Source: Eledone cirrhosa
Lineage: Eukaryota
Direction of reading: 5' to 3'
Assembly (NCBI GenBank): GCA_964016885.1
Contig: OZ024746.1
Coordinates: forward strand, 88,412,001-88,476,000
Length of the DNA stretch: 64,000 nt
Below, in pieces: positions 1 to 16,457 of this stretch. Below the pieces are notes generated by a model. It was not told where the DNA came from. It saw nothing but the letters and a program-made list of their open reading frames with translations, and did no database searches. Both the position numbers and the translations under genes were made by a program. How positions within the stretch are numbered: position 1 is the first letter of the stretch; every line of letters starts with the position of its first letter.

Positions 1-2352
1 AACTGAGCGGGATGAAGCACTAGACCGGGCAAAGGGCGGAGGAACTCAACAAAGTCAACGGCTATCCAAATAGTATATTTTTTTCTTTCACCTGATAGTA
101 AAAGGCCCCCAGTTGTTGTCACAACACCCTTCTAGGATAGGAAAACACTGAAAATAATCCTGCTGCTTCGGAACCATCCGATGATGTTGAGCAGTTCTCC
201 CTATTGGGTAGTGTTTTCGATGCTCAAAGAGTGGGATTGGTCCAGTGCAAGGTCTTTCCCCACTTAAAAATCCTTCAAAGCACAGGCGTTGCTTGTTTAT
301 TATATGTTATAAGTTGATGTTGCTGGCCGTAGTCTAAGAAAGCCCCGAACTCTAAAATCTGACAAGCGATAGCAATATTCTTAGCAGAGTTGGCAGCCAT
401 CAGTGTGTTTGAGAGAGGGAGCAAGTGAGAAAGAGAGTCGTTGTGTATAGTTACAAATGGACATACTATTTCAAAACAATCAAAGTTTCTATTCTAGTGA
501 AAAATTTGTGGAGCTATCTGACAGAAGTATACTGTAACATTTTCATTTTTCACTCACATGAAACAGATATTTATATATGTCGTGCATAATGTTGTGTTTT
601 GAATTATTTTTTTTTCAAAGGAGAAATGTTTATCTACGCCCACCATTATATATGATTTCAAGTGGTTTGGAGGTACTTGAATTTCTTATTTCAGTATCAG
701 GAATCCATTGAAAGGTAAAATGCTTTAGAAAAAACATTTATATAAATATCAACTATATATTTCTATATGAAAATAAAAAAAGAACATTTATCAATTTTTG
801 TATTCTTCAAAATCAATTTATCAATTTTTGTATTCTTCCAAAGCATTTCGTCCTCTAGAGGGATATATACCACTTGATTTTGCTGAAGAAAATGGCTGTT
901 AGGAAATTGAGGATAGCAGAGGTCTCAACAGCTACCAACATGAAAATGAAGCTCTTGTGCTTGATTTGTTCTTCTATTCTGTGACGTGTGGCTGCATACG
1001 TATATGTATACAGGTATATGTATGGATATGTTTGTGCTGAGATGATTTGTTAAAAATATAATCACGAAGACTTCATTTCGGTTTCAGATATTTCAATATA
1101 TATTCAATAATATGATTATATACATTAGTTTAAAGAACCAACATGTAGAAATACATATAAATACATTGAACATATGTCAACTATAACAAAAGAAAACTTT
1201 CATTAGTCCTTTGGTATATATCTATGTGTGAATGGTGTAGTGCTTCTACAAATCGGTTAATTCAATTGAGTATATAAAACTAGTATATATTATTTTCTCC
1301 TACCTGTGTATAGAAATGAGGTTGTACACCCATTGGTGCCAATTCACATTTTTTTAAAGTCGATATTTCTACTTTTTTTCAGTACAATATTTTCTGTGAA
1401 TATGGCTTGTAATCCATTTGCCCACTTTCCCTATATCAATAAAATAATATTTAGAATTCCACAGCAAATATTGCTTACATTAATATCTACTCTGCATAAG
1501 AAAACAACTCTCGTAAGACTGCTGAGAGAAGCATTATTTTATAACATCGTGACATATGTTAAGTAAGACGTAGTTTTATTTTAAGTATTCTGTAATTTTA
1601 TTAACGTATTTTCGTTTCATACGGCATCTGATTTAAATGTTCTCCATATCCCCCTAGTGGGTTTTGTCTTCTGGTGAGGCGGCTTATGCGTTCCGTAAAT
1701 CTGAGAGAACGTTGCCATCTCGAGCTTTGCTCATGGTTTGGCGACTCTATTGGGGGCTGTGTACTGCGGAGCTTCCTGACCATCGATGATCCACTGCGCA
1801 TCGGCTTGCAACCAAGATGGCAGCTCCATTATCCGACTATTCTGCAGAGGGCCAAGAACCCACCCGGTAAACCCTCTAGCTTTTAAGAATACCAACCAGA
1901 ATAAAACTCACTGACCCATATCCAGTAATATACGTTGTGTTCTAACAAACAATTAGTATTTTTTAATTATGTAACTTAATTATATCCAAACACAAATATC
2001 CATGCAATATCTAATCAAAATAAATTAGTGTAGACAATTTCTCGTGAATTACGCTTGGAAACAGCAGCCGTTGCTATGAGGAATTGAACTCAATACCTCT
2101 CTGTTACCGGTAGTGTAATATATTAAATATATTCCGGAGTATGCATTCCAAACTTGTTTTAAATATATCCCTTCTTGTCGTATGGTTTATTGCTGAAATG
2201 TAAGATACTATTGTTTCACATGATTTGTCTAAGCTGTAGCAATTTACATAGCACTTCCTCGTTATTGCTTTGAAATATTTCCATACATTCCAGAATGACT
2301 CTTCACCTCTAAATTCCACAATTGAATCTTTATTATTGTAATCTATTTAACA

Positions 2353-3277
2353 CTAGCAGCAGTACCCAGCGTTGCCTGGGTAGGTAAATTATTATCTGCT
2401 ATGATGAAATGGGGTTGATCTTAGCGACTGCGAGTTTCTTGAAAATCGGTCGTAAGGTGTAGCAAATGGCGAAATGTTGATTGAAATATATGGAATATGT
2501 GCGAGGTGGAACAAATTGTATTTGAAGAGTTAAACGTCTACCACGCCGTCCCTTAACAAAAAATACAAAGTGTAAAGCTAATATAAGATCTGTAATGATA
2601 GGTTCTATCGTAGTATACAAGTGGAACCAAATAAATTGATTTATGTGTGAGGTTGAGCCGAAGTTTCGAATTTGAATGCAATCGGTTGAAAAATGTGGGT
2701 GCTAGAGCCGAGAAGGTGGAAATTTGAGCGAAAAGGAGATATTTTCGAATATTTAAGCGGCTGCCATGCGGTTCCTGAACAAAAAATCCCAAATGTAAAG
2801 CTACTTTAAGACGTAAAATAATCAGATCTAGCGTAGTGTAAAATTTGAACAAAGTAGGTTGATTAATGTGGGAGCTAGAGCTGAAAATGTGCGTCTAAAA
2901 TTTGTATTTTTGAATATTTAAGCGGCTGCCACGCCGTCCCTGGACAACAAATGCAAAAGATAAAGATATTACAGGAGGTGCAGTGATAAATTCTATTTTG
3001 CCTTAAAATTTGAACGAAATCGGTGACGAAATCCGGGAGCTAGAGACACAAATCTTATTTTTCAATACCTAAAAAAAGGTGACCCCCCTATCGATTTTTA
3101 TCTGCAGAATGACTCCGGAATAAAAATAATGATAAGCTGATATATAGAAAACACTCCCCGATGATGATGCTATGAGCCTGTAAAGTTTCATGAAAATCGG
3201 TCGTAAGATGTAGGCCCCTATAGGTAATACACAGACACACACACACACACGCATACTTAATTTTATATATATACAGA
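2353..3277 (-). mobile_element. Non-autonomous Helitron-like element
   Basis: On the minus strand it starts TCTGTATATATATAAAA (3277) and ends with the hairpin CCCAG-GCAACG-CTGGG followed by CTAG (2353). It sits between A and T, has internal sub-repeats (tttaagcggctgcca) and no RepHel ORF. Confidence 0.75.
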
Positions 3278-5282
3278 TTTCTGTGTCGCGCATTGTAAAT
3301 CATCCGACAAGACTTGAATTAACGATTTCAAGTATATAATAAACATATCTTTATCATGCGTGCCATGTATAACATTATAGATCTTATTTTTATTACTTCC
3401 AGTTATTTATTCTATTTTTCTTTGCTATTAGGATTATTGTTGCTGTAGTTGTTATATGCGGCATAATAACAGGTGAAAATTATAATGTACTCTTCCTAAA
3501 TACTATGAAAATTTGCAATAACTTTGAATTTAATTGAAAATCTGAAATTTAAGAAATGAAATATTTTTCATGGGATCTTTACTATTGTTATTTAAGTTAA
3601 TACCATCATTCTTCCATTACTTCGATCATTCATTAACCTTTAAATCCCATATTACAACCTATACTTTGAGCTTGAGATTTTTTAATTAAATATTATGATC
3701 GAAGATATTCCAACTACTTTAATTCCGTCAATGATTGGCTGTTATTTCTAGTGGTAACATGTAGATTCGTCTTTATTTTAAATTTAACATTATTTCTTTC
3801 ATTTAAGAACATCATTTTAAACCCAGCTTAAGGCAGTGCTACTCTTAACATTCCCTGATATTATTGTATATTGCAGGGGGGTTTATCATTTCCATATATC
3901 ACAGGTCACTGTTAAGCAAGGAGATTGTGATATTTTAAAGACAATCAACAACTGAATTCTTCATAATATTTTGAGAATGAAGTGGACAAAACTATTGAAA
4001 GTAATTGCTAAATGCTTATTTTTATCTGCGCATTCAGTTTATATATATATATATATATGATTTCCAGATACATTTTTATTAAATTATTTGAAGAAATTCA
4101 ATAGCTCAATTTTTCTAGTCGGAATTCATTTCGTTAGATATACAAATTTGCTCAAGATTGTGCAATGTAAATATAAAAGGAAATGTGTGCGAACCGTTGA
4201 TTAAACCGATTACAATATTGTGCTGTGTTTAAATATTAATTTTTAATTTGAGACATTTTTTTAAAACCTTATCTCAAATGTGATTTCAGAATGTATAGAA
4301 ATTGTGCTCGGAAACTAGAACCAAAATTATACAAGGAAAAATATCAATGCTGAATATTTTAAACTGGAAAAAAATAAAATTATTTATGTTTACATAATCC
4401 ATAATGAGTAATTGATTAAACCCCCATGATATACACACATTTTTAAGGCGCTAACTAAATAATAAGAGCCATAATTCAATCTGAATAAACTTATTCATTT
4501 ATGCTATAGTTATTGATTTTCTACACATGCACAAGGCAATACATTTGAATACGTATAACGTAGTTGATGAGAAATCCCACCTTAATCAATATAGAAGCTC
4601 AGTAAACTGTGAAACGCATTTTCTTCGAAGCATTTGACTTTCTTGTGAAACTTTGATATCATAGTTGGATTCTAGACAACAGAGAAAATTATTGATAACA
4701 TTAATATAATCTACTAAATAAAATATGATTTCAGAATAACGAAAATACTTGCTGCATTATATACCCATATCTATTATGAGACGTGAGAGCATGTGTTGAG
4801 TATGTATACATATTCTACTTGTGTTGTAAAATATTGTTTTCTCTTTTTTTCTATGAAATTTTAATTTCATGAATTTCCACCCAATACTGATGCATATTTA
4901 GGGACAAATAGTTACCAATATCCATATCTATATGAAACATAACATTGAAATCTTCAACAGCGTAATTGAAATATACTGATCTAACACTCTATGTAATTAA
5001 CCAGCCAAAGAAAAAGTACCGCAAATGTACCACAAAAATTGGCAAAACCAAGAAGGGCAGCGCTCCATAATACATTCTGAGATATATATTATGCATACAT
5101 TATAAGCGTCATAAGACAATCATATGTATCCAGGATCAAATCCAACAGGAATTGGATATACGAATCAAAATGTTTGCCTAGTATTATTTTATCCTCATAC
5201 CCTGCTAGCGTGGAAGATGGACGTTAAACGAAGATGATATATATACATGTATATATATATTCATTTATATATACATACATAC

Positions 5283-5383
<101 letters not shown>

Positions 5384-5845
5384 TATTAGGATTTGTGCCG
5401 TGAAATAGCGATGTATAGTATATCCTTTTTAAAATCAGCTTCTCTTGCCAAAAAAAGAAGTAAGTGACATAGTCACTACTTTACAAATGATAGAGCAATG
5501 TCTTCAAAATATTTTTAATTAAACATACGGTATATTGCCAAATATACTATACATACATTCGTGTATACATCGCTATTTCAGAGCACCAATCCTAATTTCT
5601 AATTTTTGCTGGACCGGAAATCGCTCTGTAACATCAGTTCCTGATTATTACTGGAATTCTATAAGAATCCAGCTTCTATATGTTTTGGCAAATGCGGGAA
5701 GTACGATGTTCTGAGGCTCGTCAATAGCGTGAAACAGAACCTGTCAACTTCTCTCCCTTCTTTTGCCGAAAAATGATAGCGCAATGTCTCCAAAATGTTT
5801 TTCATCAAACATACGGTATATCGCCAAATATACTATACACACATT
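5384..5845 (+). mobile_element. HHR-bearing non-coding partial-tandem element (family B, degenerate copy) with 5' inverted segment
   Basis: Direct repeat aaatgatag.gcaatgtct.caaaat at ~5506 and ~5772. 5384-5415 is inverted relative to 5565-5597. Homologous to 48838-49229. Degenerate HHR gtt-CTGAGG..GAAA-cagaacctg-TC-aac at 5708-5748. Flanked by (TA)n/(GA)n. Confidence 0.6.
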
Positions 5846-5921
<76 letters not shown>

Positions 5922-6140
5922 TATATATATTTGACCTCTATAACGTATGTTAATTGCTCTGGTCTTATTTTAGTCCATTGAGCGCTTGCCGCATATCTCG
6001 AAAATTGCGTTTCGCTTTAATTTGGACCACACCCGAAATACGATCTCGCTGAAATGATATATATATATATATATACATACATATATATATATATAGTGAC
6101 GAAACATAAGTCAATTGCATGAACTCATAATCCTTTATTT

Positions 6141-6196
6141 ACTGTTATATATGTTTCGATGATAGCCATTGAATGGATATGAGCTCATCAGGCAGT
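6141..6196 (-). ncRNA. Type I hammerhead ribozyme motif
   Basis: Minus strand: actgc-CTGATGA-gctcatatccattcaatggctatcatc-GAAA-catata-TA-acagt. Stem I actg/cagt. Lies in a ~170-bp island between (TA)n tracts. Confidence 0.65.
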
Positions 6197-6254
6197 TAGT
6201 CAGTTCTTAGATACGCCAGCTCTGTTATAGTGTTGATGGTATCAGAGCCTTGGA

Positions 6255-6345
<91 letters not shown>

Positions 6346-9019
6346 TATTACACCAGAATCGTTTTCTCTATTATAATGAATCTTGCGTCCAGAATCGAAT
6401 ATACATTATAGTCTGAATGATTCAGTGGGGAACGCCACATTGCCACCGATATAAGATACGGCTGTATATATTTCATTTCTCCATTTCAAAATGATTCAGA
6501 TATAAAGCTTTGAATGTGACATACCTTAGGGACGGATAATCCTATTTTTTTTTATATAAGAAGGCATGTTGTGTCACATTGTCAATACACGTTTTCAAGT
6601 TAAACGTTACCAATTCAAAAACAGCACAGGTGCACAAACGCACATATACTGTATCTCCCTCTCTCTCCCTCTCTCTCTCTCTCTCACTCTCTATCTCTCT
6701 CTCTCTCTCTCTCTCCCTCTCTCTCTCTCTCTCCCTCTCTCACATGTGAGGATAGATCGAATACAATAAATAGATAAATAGATAGATTGATATGTGTGCA
6801 CATATTCTAAATTATTGAAGCCGTGGGTGGATGCCTCCATGTTTCGAATAATAGAGTAATACATCTAATTACAAATACGTTTCCATAATACAGCTGCAAT
6901 CGATATTGGAGACGGAGTCTGTACAATTTTTCTGAACAAATGGTCAGAAAACAATATGCCACAACAGGAAATATACGAATAAAGTTAATGCTATATACAA
7001 TTATATATTACTACTACAAAGGCTAACACCAGGTCATTTATTTTGTAGATTAAGAATGATAATTCAGTTTTAAATATACCATTCCTAATTAGAAATGGAT
7101 TGCAAACCCAACTGTTGATATATCTAAATTATCAGACAACAATGAAGGATTCCATTCACTGAGACCTACATAAAGAACCACGGAGATTCTAATTTAAGTT
7201 GATATTTATATAGATTATACATAAGGAAAGTTACTGATGAGCTATATATATATATATACATAGGGAGTATTGAAATCACATAAGACTGTTTAAATCAAAC
7301 CAATCGACTGCATTTAGCTAATTCAGGCATCAAAATGGTCATGTATTCTGCGAGAAATATCAAATATATATTTTTCAGAACCACTGTCTGCCTCTGAAAA
7401 TAGAAACCAAACCTTTAGGAAATACAAGCCTTGATATTGAAAAATATATGGGACAATGTCGTGTGGAAGAATTTTGTTTTATCATATCTCATCTTGATTT
7501 AAATTGACGTAGGATGAATTATGTTTCAGGAAAGAGAAATCTGATTATATCTGACGGTAGTCTACACAAATATAACTCATAATTCAAATTGAACATTCCT
7601 TTTCAAATTAACTATCCTCCTTTTCAAACTAACAATCCAACTAAGTATTATAAATCTCAAAGATCATAAGTGAAATGGCTGAAAATGTTTGAAATATTTA
7701 GTTCATTCGTTTTATTTTCCTTCCTTACTAACGGGGTCGATAACAATATACAAACCAATTATTTTTGTCTAATTAATCAAACATATATCACTACTAAAAT
7801 TGTACTCCGTGCCACAATTTGACTGTTCTGAATTCGATGAACATCAGCACAATATAATGGACGCCGTGTAAAAATGGTAGATCTCATATATGGCTATCCA
7901 TTGCGCTATTCACACGCATATTTGCACTCTCATAATGTAGTGACAAGAAGTTAATTCTGGTGAATGCTTCTATCAAAGTGCATATATTGCATGCGGTTGT
8001 ATGGCATCTTAAAGGTTCATACTGCCAATCATCTATTAGAAAAATAATAATGATGCCATTCTTAACATATTCAGCTTTACTAGAGTAAAATCTAGAAAGT
8101 GTAGAAAATATATCATAAGTCAAACCATATACGAAAATGTTATATTCGGATGCAAATGTAATACATATGTCCTATTCATTATGTTTGATGCAAAAAGCAA
8201 TGAAATACGCCACAATGTGTTAACGTATTGGTTCAGTGGACTCTTTAATGTTAAGTAATATTGGCAAATAAGAATTTCATTGCACGCCACATGACACATG
8301 CACACCCAAAACTCGACTGATAGTCTAACAATGTATTGACTGACCTATATGCAACACAAATAAATCATATACTACTCCAAAGAACACAAATACAAAAAAG
8401 AAATAAAATAAAATGAGGCTATCAAATGTGATGAGACAAATCAATTATATAACTAAGAATATAAGATACATCGTCTGCCACACTAAAATCATTCAAAAAA
8501 CGTAATTGGATTTCGTGAGATGTGAATCAGGCCAATAAGCCATAAGCTTATTGACAGAAATGATGTTGTCGTTTTGCATTATTTCTGATGCTATTGCAAT
8601 GGCATCTACGGATGCTGCTACATTGAAAATTCTTGCTGCTATTGCTGTGTAATTAATCGAAAACATCCAAGTAGTCAATAAACCATGAATGTTCAATGCC
8701 ACCGCAAGGGAACGGAAAATACGCTAAGCTAGCAAATGACTGCATATAACAGGCTGCTATATTAGGAACAAAGCGAAATGGAACTACTGGATACGTTATG
8801 CTTCTCAGTTGATTCAACAGGGAACATATTTTCCAATTATATTTCAACTTGAAATTTATAATAAACCATTATGCAGTAATTGTGATTTATGTGTACACAT
8901 TGTGTCACACAGAGACGTGCATGCAAAACATGTGTTTAATGCATAAACATACGCACACAGACACACAGACACAAACACACACACATACATATAAACATAT
9001 ATATGTATGTAGGTGTGTG

Positions 9020-9936
<917 letters not shown>

Positions 9937-9940
<4 letters not shown>

Positions 9941-10060
9941 TAAGATCAAAAGATGGTTAAATGAGTAAATAACACAAATGTTATTGCATGATGATATTTG
10001 TTTTTGAAATGCTCATAATAAAATACATGGAACTCATTTAAACATCTTTTGATCTTATAT
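9937..10060. repeat. Short fold-back element (~28-bp inverted arms)
   Basis: tataagatcaaaagatggttaaatgagt ... actcatttaaacatcttttgatcttata. The adjoining 10060-10150 is the reverse complement of ~29038-29130. Confidence 0.65.
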
Positions 10061-10829
10061 ATTATGTATACTCCAGTTCCACAAACTGTAGAGTGCTTCT
10101 TATCCGATATCTGCATTGCTTTATTGTACTACAATAAAACTCACCTCCTACATATATATATATTTATATATATATATATATATATACGTTTAAATTTCAT
10201 GTTTACAACGACGTAGAGTTTGTCATTCTGCAATGTTAATCAAGACCTTATATGAGAAACGCACTAGACGTTATGCAACTCATATATCTTCAATTTTGAA
10301 TCATGTTGGTTGTGCGTAAATGAGTAAATGTGTTATAAAATCAAATGACAGGAGGACAAATATGTTCACTTTCATTAAGTCTATATTACAGTAAGCACTA
10401 TGCACATTTCGGTAGCCAGGTTTGCGTGAGAACTCGGTGACCGCATCGGGTGTAAATTACGTAATATTTGTATACCAACGGAATGATGGTAAGTTTTAAG
10501 GAAACAAGCCAAAAAAAAAAAGTCAAGCAGGAAAAAGTGTGCCCTATGCTTTTGACCCAGAGACAGACGTAGTAGCATGCGGTCACGTTGCTCGCCCGTG
10601 TCTGTGTGAGGTTATTTTTAACAAATCCTCCCTGCTAGTTTGTTAGCGGGATGTACAGTTTACTTGGCGAATCAATACTACCCCGCAGCTCCCGCAGCCT
10701 TCGGACAGCAGGCCAGGAAGGGGGAGGATATCCTGTTGCAGACTGGTAATTCGCCCTGGTCAAGCTAAGGTCTATGCACTAACGAACATCATACAGCATT
10801 CAGTGAATTGGCTGGAAACCAATTTTGTT

Positions 10830-10952
<123 letters not shown>

Positions 10953-12091
10953 ATACTTGGGGAGGGTCATATTTGTGTAATATTGACAGAATTAATAACA
11001 GAACACACACAGTTTGGTTGGTTTTCGCTTTTCGCTTCTGTGTCTTTTATATCGGTAATCTAATTTACTCGGTCCTCAATGTTGCTATTGACTGACCAAC
11101 GGTCAAAAATAATACAGATACAATATAGACAATATAGATAAAATAAAATAAACAAATAAATAAATATATAAACAGACTAAATAAAAATGGCGTAGAAAAT
11201 ACAATGTAACGGGAGGAAACAATAGCACAACTGACGATGTTGCAGATGTGCAACGAAATAACTTTGATAAACTATATATATGTGTTTGTGTATATATTAA
11301 TTATTAATATTCGGTTTGTTTGCAATCAAATAGTCTCATAAATGCTACATGTGCAGTGATAGCGTCATCCTCTTGATCCATCCGTAGCTTAGAGAAAACA
11401 TTCTACAATGAGTTCTGAGTGTTTTGCTTCTTATCAACATTGTGAATTCTCTGCGTTGCTACCCACTGGGACTGCTGATAATACATATTCGCAAATGTAT
11501 ATGTCGGCTGATTTCCCTCTTTCGTATACCAAGGAATTTTACGGCCGGCTTTGCCAAAGAATTCGGGAACAAATTTTGGTTTCGTTCTTATGATGGTGAA
11601 TAACTAAATGTATTCGTGAAGGAATAAAAATGATATTATAATTCAATCATTATATTATTAATATTGAGTCTGTTTTCAAACACACCTCCTCATAAACGCC
11701 AAGTGTTAGATGACATCATCCTTTTCTTCTAGTTGTACCTGCGACAATTGTTTCGGTGTATTGATTCACTCACGAATAGATTTAGTTATCGATTTTAAGA
11801 CTTCGTCCACCCAAGCCATAATCTATCTATTTTGCTTTTCGAGCACCCTTTTCTGCTGCTCCGCTAGGCGTATAGTTGCTTTCCTTATTCTATTATCAAC
11901 AAGGCTGTTTTATCATTGTTTTCTTCTGGTTTATTTCGCCTGTTTTGCTATTATTTTTGTTACATTTGGGAGTCTATCTTGTAGCTGCTCTTCACATTAT
12001 TACACAAGTTTAAACATAATTGGTCCACTGTTTTTTAAGTGCATATATATGTATAAATATAAATATATATATATATATATATATACACACG

Positions 12092-12128
<37 letters not shown>

Positions 12129-12155
12129 ACTTACACACACACTCACACATACTCT

Positions 12156-12192
<37 letters not shown>

Positions 12193-12194
12193 CA

Positions 12195-12420
12195 ACCAGA
12201 GAATGTCTTCTGTCCATTAGACTCCCTAAAACTTGTTTTCAACCTTTACACAAGTAATACTTATGGTCAAAGCACTAGGGACCGCATTAGGCGATTTAGC
12301 GATCTTTCTCTATACTCCTTAGTCTCTCGTTTTAGATAGATACATAGCTACGCCGTCGTGCCCTTATAATATATGTATGTTATGTCTGGCTGTGTGCAGT
12401 ACGACATCATGACGCTAACT
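12195..12420 (+). mobile_element. Internal fragment of the Helitron-like family at 59378-60312
   Basis: ctagggaccgcattaggcgatttagcgat...tagatagatacata matches the reverse complement of ~60020-60160. Confidence 0.55.
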
Positions 12421-12737
12421 CTGTGTGTGTATATATGTATATATATAGTGTGTATATATATATATATAGTGTGTAACGTTTTTCGAAATATTTACTTCTG
12501 CGTTCACAGATTAATTATTTCAGTTTCAGAAGATCCCGTTAAAGGTGAAAGCAGCGATTCTTTGCTTAAACTTTAGTCTGTTATTTTAATATATATATAT
12601 ATATATATATATGTATAATTATATATTCGTGTACAGATATTTTTGCTTACACAATAACAACATATATACAAATGTACTTATTTCACGAGGCTCGATAAGG
12701 ATAAATATATATCAAATATATAAGAACCCTAGAGCAA

Positions 12738-12766
12738 ACCCGGGCAACGCCGGGCCATTCTGCTAG
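12738..12766 (+). mobile_element. Helitron 3' terminus
   Basis: CCCGG-GCAACG-CCGGG hairpin followed by CTAG then T, the same signature as the 3' end at 2353. Confidence 0.6.
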
Positions 12767-13959
12767 TATATATATATAATTTGGTGTGGGATGCTTAAAG
12801 CGTCCGTATGTTGTAGGCCATTTGAGCACTCGATGCTCCTCACGTAAGAAACTGAGAATCAATGTTGCGACGAATTAACATTTATGAGACATATTACAAT
12901 CGTTACTCTGGCGACCAGCTCGAGGCACGATCGATGCAAGGATCGAACTGACTCTGAAATCGCAAGATCCTCAGATACATCTCGATCTGTCGAAGCAGTT
13001 TCCAATATATATATACATATATTGAAGGTATATGTTCATATATATATATATATATAAGTAGAAACACATATATGTGTTGTGACCATCCTTCACCAGGTTT
13101 TATGTGTTATATAAATAATTACTTAATCAGTAAATTATATGAGAAGAGAAATTAGACAAAATTATACCTAATTTTTCTGCAAATCGCGATTAATAAAATA
13201 TCAGGCAAAAGACTAAAAAATAGAGAATAGTTGCAGATATGAATAACTTATCGCATTATATAGCACGTCAACAGAACATGAACTCAGATGTGTTACAAAT
13301 ATTATATGTTTTTTGACAGAATACTAACATTCCGATTATGAATTCATAATCGGAAAGTTGCTATTTTTTCAGAAACATCTAATTATTATAACAGAGCTTC
13401 TGTTCTGTTGACTTGCTATATAATTCGATAAGTTATTCATATCATCCATTATCGTTTATTTTTGAGTATTTTGGCATATTATATTAGTTGAATTTCATTT
13501 TAATAAACTCTCATGATTCCTAGGGTTAGTACTAAATAACATCGGTCTTTGTGGTTGGAGCGGTGTTATTCACACTGATAAACATTGGGAAAATCCTGGA
13601 AACGTTGTGGTTGTTGCTGCTATTACTGTTGTCATTCCCTTTCAGAATTTGGTATGTTCCATCTATGGTTACCTCACCATTCCGTTTTGAGGACGCAACA
13701 TCTTTGTTCATCATCTTTTATTTTTCTTAGAAAGTAGAGGCGTGTGTTTGAAAGACAAACGCACGTTTAGCCCCTAATGATTTCAAGTAGAGATAAACTA
13801 CACATCTCACTAAGATATTGGATCAAAACAATAACATTTCAAGGAAAGATGTTTCAATAACTGGGAAAACATAACTTGCACGAATGATTTAAACCTTGTC
13901 TTGAATGATTGAACAAACATAAGAGCTACATGAACATCAACATTAACATAATGCAGCAG

Positions 13960-14172
13960 CAGAAAAAGAAGAAGAAGAAGAAGAAGAAGAAGAAGAAGAA
14001 GAAGAAGAAGAAGAAGAAGAAGAAGAAGAAGAAGAAGAAGAAGCAGAAGAAGAAGCAGAAGCAGAAGCAGAACAACAACAACAACAACAACAACAACAGC
14101 AACAACAACAACAACAACAACAACATAAACAGAAGCCAATGTAGTCACCCACACAACAACAACAACAACAAC
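13960..14172. repeat. Compound (AAG)n/(AAC)n microsatellite
   Basis: Runs of aag, aagcag and aac. Confidence 0.95.
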
Positions 14173-14199
14173 ACCTATATTAATAATAATAATTGTTAC

Positions 14200-14390
14200 T
14201 AATTTAGTCACATACCAGCAATTTTGGGGTAGGGGAAAGTCGCTTAAATCGCCACCAGTGCATTTATCCCACTCAATTCCTGGTGTTTTATTTTACCGCC
14301 CCCGGCGGGTTTTGAACTCAGAACGTAAAGCGCCATAACTTTATGCGGCGAAGCATGGCCTCCGACTCTCTACCGATATTACCAATCCAT
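14200..14390 (-). mobile_element. tRNA-derived SINE, diverged copy
   Basis: Reverse complement contains the A-box-like ttggtaatatcggtaga, the B box gagttcaaaacccg and the family tail. Confidence 0.6.
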
Positions 14391-15930
14391 CAGTCGGTGA
14401 ACAATTTTTGTCTTGGGAATTGTATTTTATATTATCGACTCCGGATTTATGAATGGAAGCCTGTTCTCGGCAGTATTGAAATCCAAACATTAAAGCCCAC
14501 AAAACATACCCCATGAGGTATTTTGTTTGACGCTTTTATAATTTGTTTTCAATTTTACGATCTGTTTGATCTCGGCGCCATTTGAATTTAAAGTGCCATA
14601 ATCCATTAAACATAACCCATGCCAGTCTATCCAGCACTATAATGTCTGTTAATTCGTCGCCTGGTTTCTAATTATTCGTTGTAATATTAGGTTTTGGGGG
14701 AGCGGGAAAAAAGAATAACTTCAGGGACTATATTTTATTGACACCGGATGGAAGAAAGACAAAGTTGACATTAGCCGGATGTTAACCCTCAAACAGAAGA
14801 TTGGAACAAAAAAGGTGAACCTTTTGTTAGACGCTGTAAAATTAAAAATGTTTTGTCTGCACAAGATAATTTAGTTACTCTTTGAATCTTTGTCCTTGGA
14901 AGTGTGGAAAGATTTGACAATTAAATTAATTTCTGCTTGAAAATTTCACAATATTTGTTTTCTTTTCTTCCCTCATTCCTTCATATTCATTCAAATTTTA
15001 CTAATTAGAGAATTGTTAGCGAACACTTTGTCTGCAATTCTCTTATCTAACTGAGAGCAAATGTCTTTAAAATACCATCATCAATATCTATAATCTTTAG
15101 GAATTGTCTTAAAATTTGAAACAAAATAAACTGTGACTAATATTTCGAGAAAAAAAAAATATCTGGTATATGAAAGGACATTTCTTTGTGTGCGTGTCAG
15201 TGTTTGTGTAGGTGTATGTGTGCGCGTGGATATATAGTGACACATGAATAACGTCAAAGAGAAAAAAAAATACAGAAACATTGGATCACTTTCTCACACT
15301 TCATCGAGAGACTAAACTGAAACGACAACATAAACAATTATCTGAAAATATAGCAAGAAGATATGCCAAGAATGCAAAGTGCCAACATTATTAGATACAT
15401 CAATAACGATATAAAATATGAAATGAAACACGCAATTAAATACAAACATTACAAAACATAATAGCAAACGACCGTGTTATGATATATATAATATAAAAGT
15501 TTGTGTCAAGAAGAAATTACAATTATAATAAACAAAGTCAATAACAAGATTGATATAAATGTAATACGCCAATTAAATACATAAAACAAAACAGAAAAAA
15601 TAACTCCCATAACAACATCATTAGAAGTTTAGGAATTAAAGATTCAAGCTTTCTGTCGTTACAGATAGGTGAAACGATGAAGATATATTTCTGTTTATGG
15701 ACAAATACAGATCCTTCCTTGATGAAGTCATTGCATCGTCTAAATGTAGTTAAGTCTGATGGTAGACATCAATGAAAACGTAGAAATTGACCATTTCACA
15801 TGGAAAGGATTGATAGGCTGGAACGGTGAGCCCGATCGAAATTCGAATGGAGATACATTAGATTCTGTTCTAACAATGGACTCTCTATTATGAACACATA
15901 CACATCAATAAATATGCATTGTATATATAT

Positions 15931-16457
15931 ACATACTACTGTATGTCTGTATACATATATGTATGTACGTGTACATACTTATATTTAAGTAACAGCCGTA
16001 CTAAGTGTGGGAAATGAAATTTCGTTCCATTTTTTCTATTTATCGTTTTCAGTGCACCCGGCCGATTAACCCACTCGATATGCAAATTGGGCTGCTCAGC
16101 CGTTAATGTGCATAAGGTAAGTATATACGTTCAACAATCTGGCAGGAAGGTATACGTTGCTGACGATAGCTAATAAGCTTGAAACTAGTAGAGCGTTCCT
16201 TTGTCAGTGTTGAACAAACGAGCAACGATAGTTGCTGGACACTACGGTTTAATACGGGATGTTTGTTTACAAACACACCGAGCATTATAATAAATGTTCG
16301 GTGAATCCATACGTACATATATATATATGTGCATGTATGTATATATATATACATACTACTGTACGTATGTATACATATATGTATGTACGTGTACATACTT
16401 ATATTTAAGTAACAGCCGTACTAATGGAGGAAACGAAATTTAGCTTCATTTTTTTCC

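Noticed and set aside
1600-1890. GC-richer island with short ORFs on both strands
   Set aside because: No recognisable domain or splice structure; probably an old repeat fragment.
8493-8847. Overlapping short minus-strand ORFs
   Set aside because: No recognisable family and no consistent frame or splice sites.
11404-11605. Minus-strand open stretch (..KFVPEFFGKAGRKIPWYTKEG..) after a ttag
   Set aside because: Could be an exon, but no homology was recognised and no partner exons were found. It needs RNA-seq or BLASTX.
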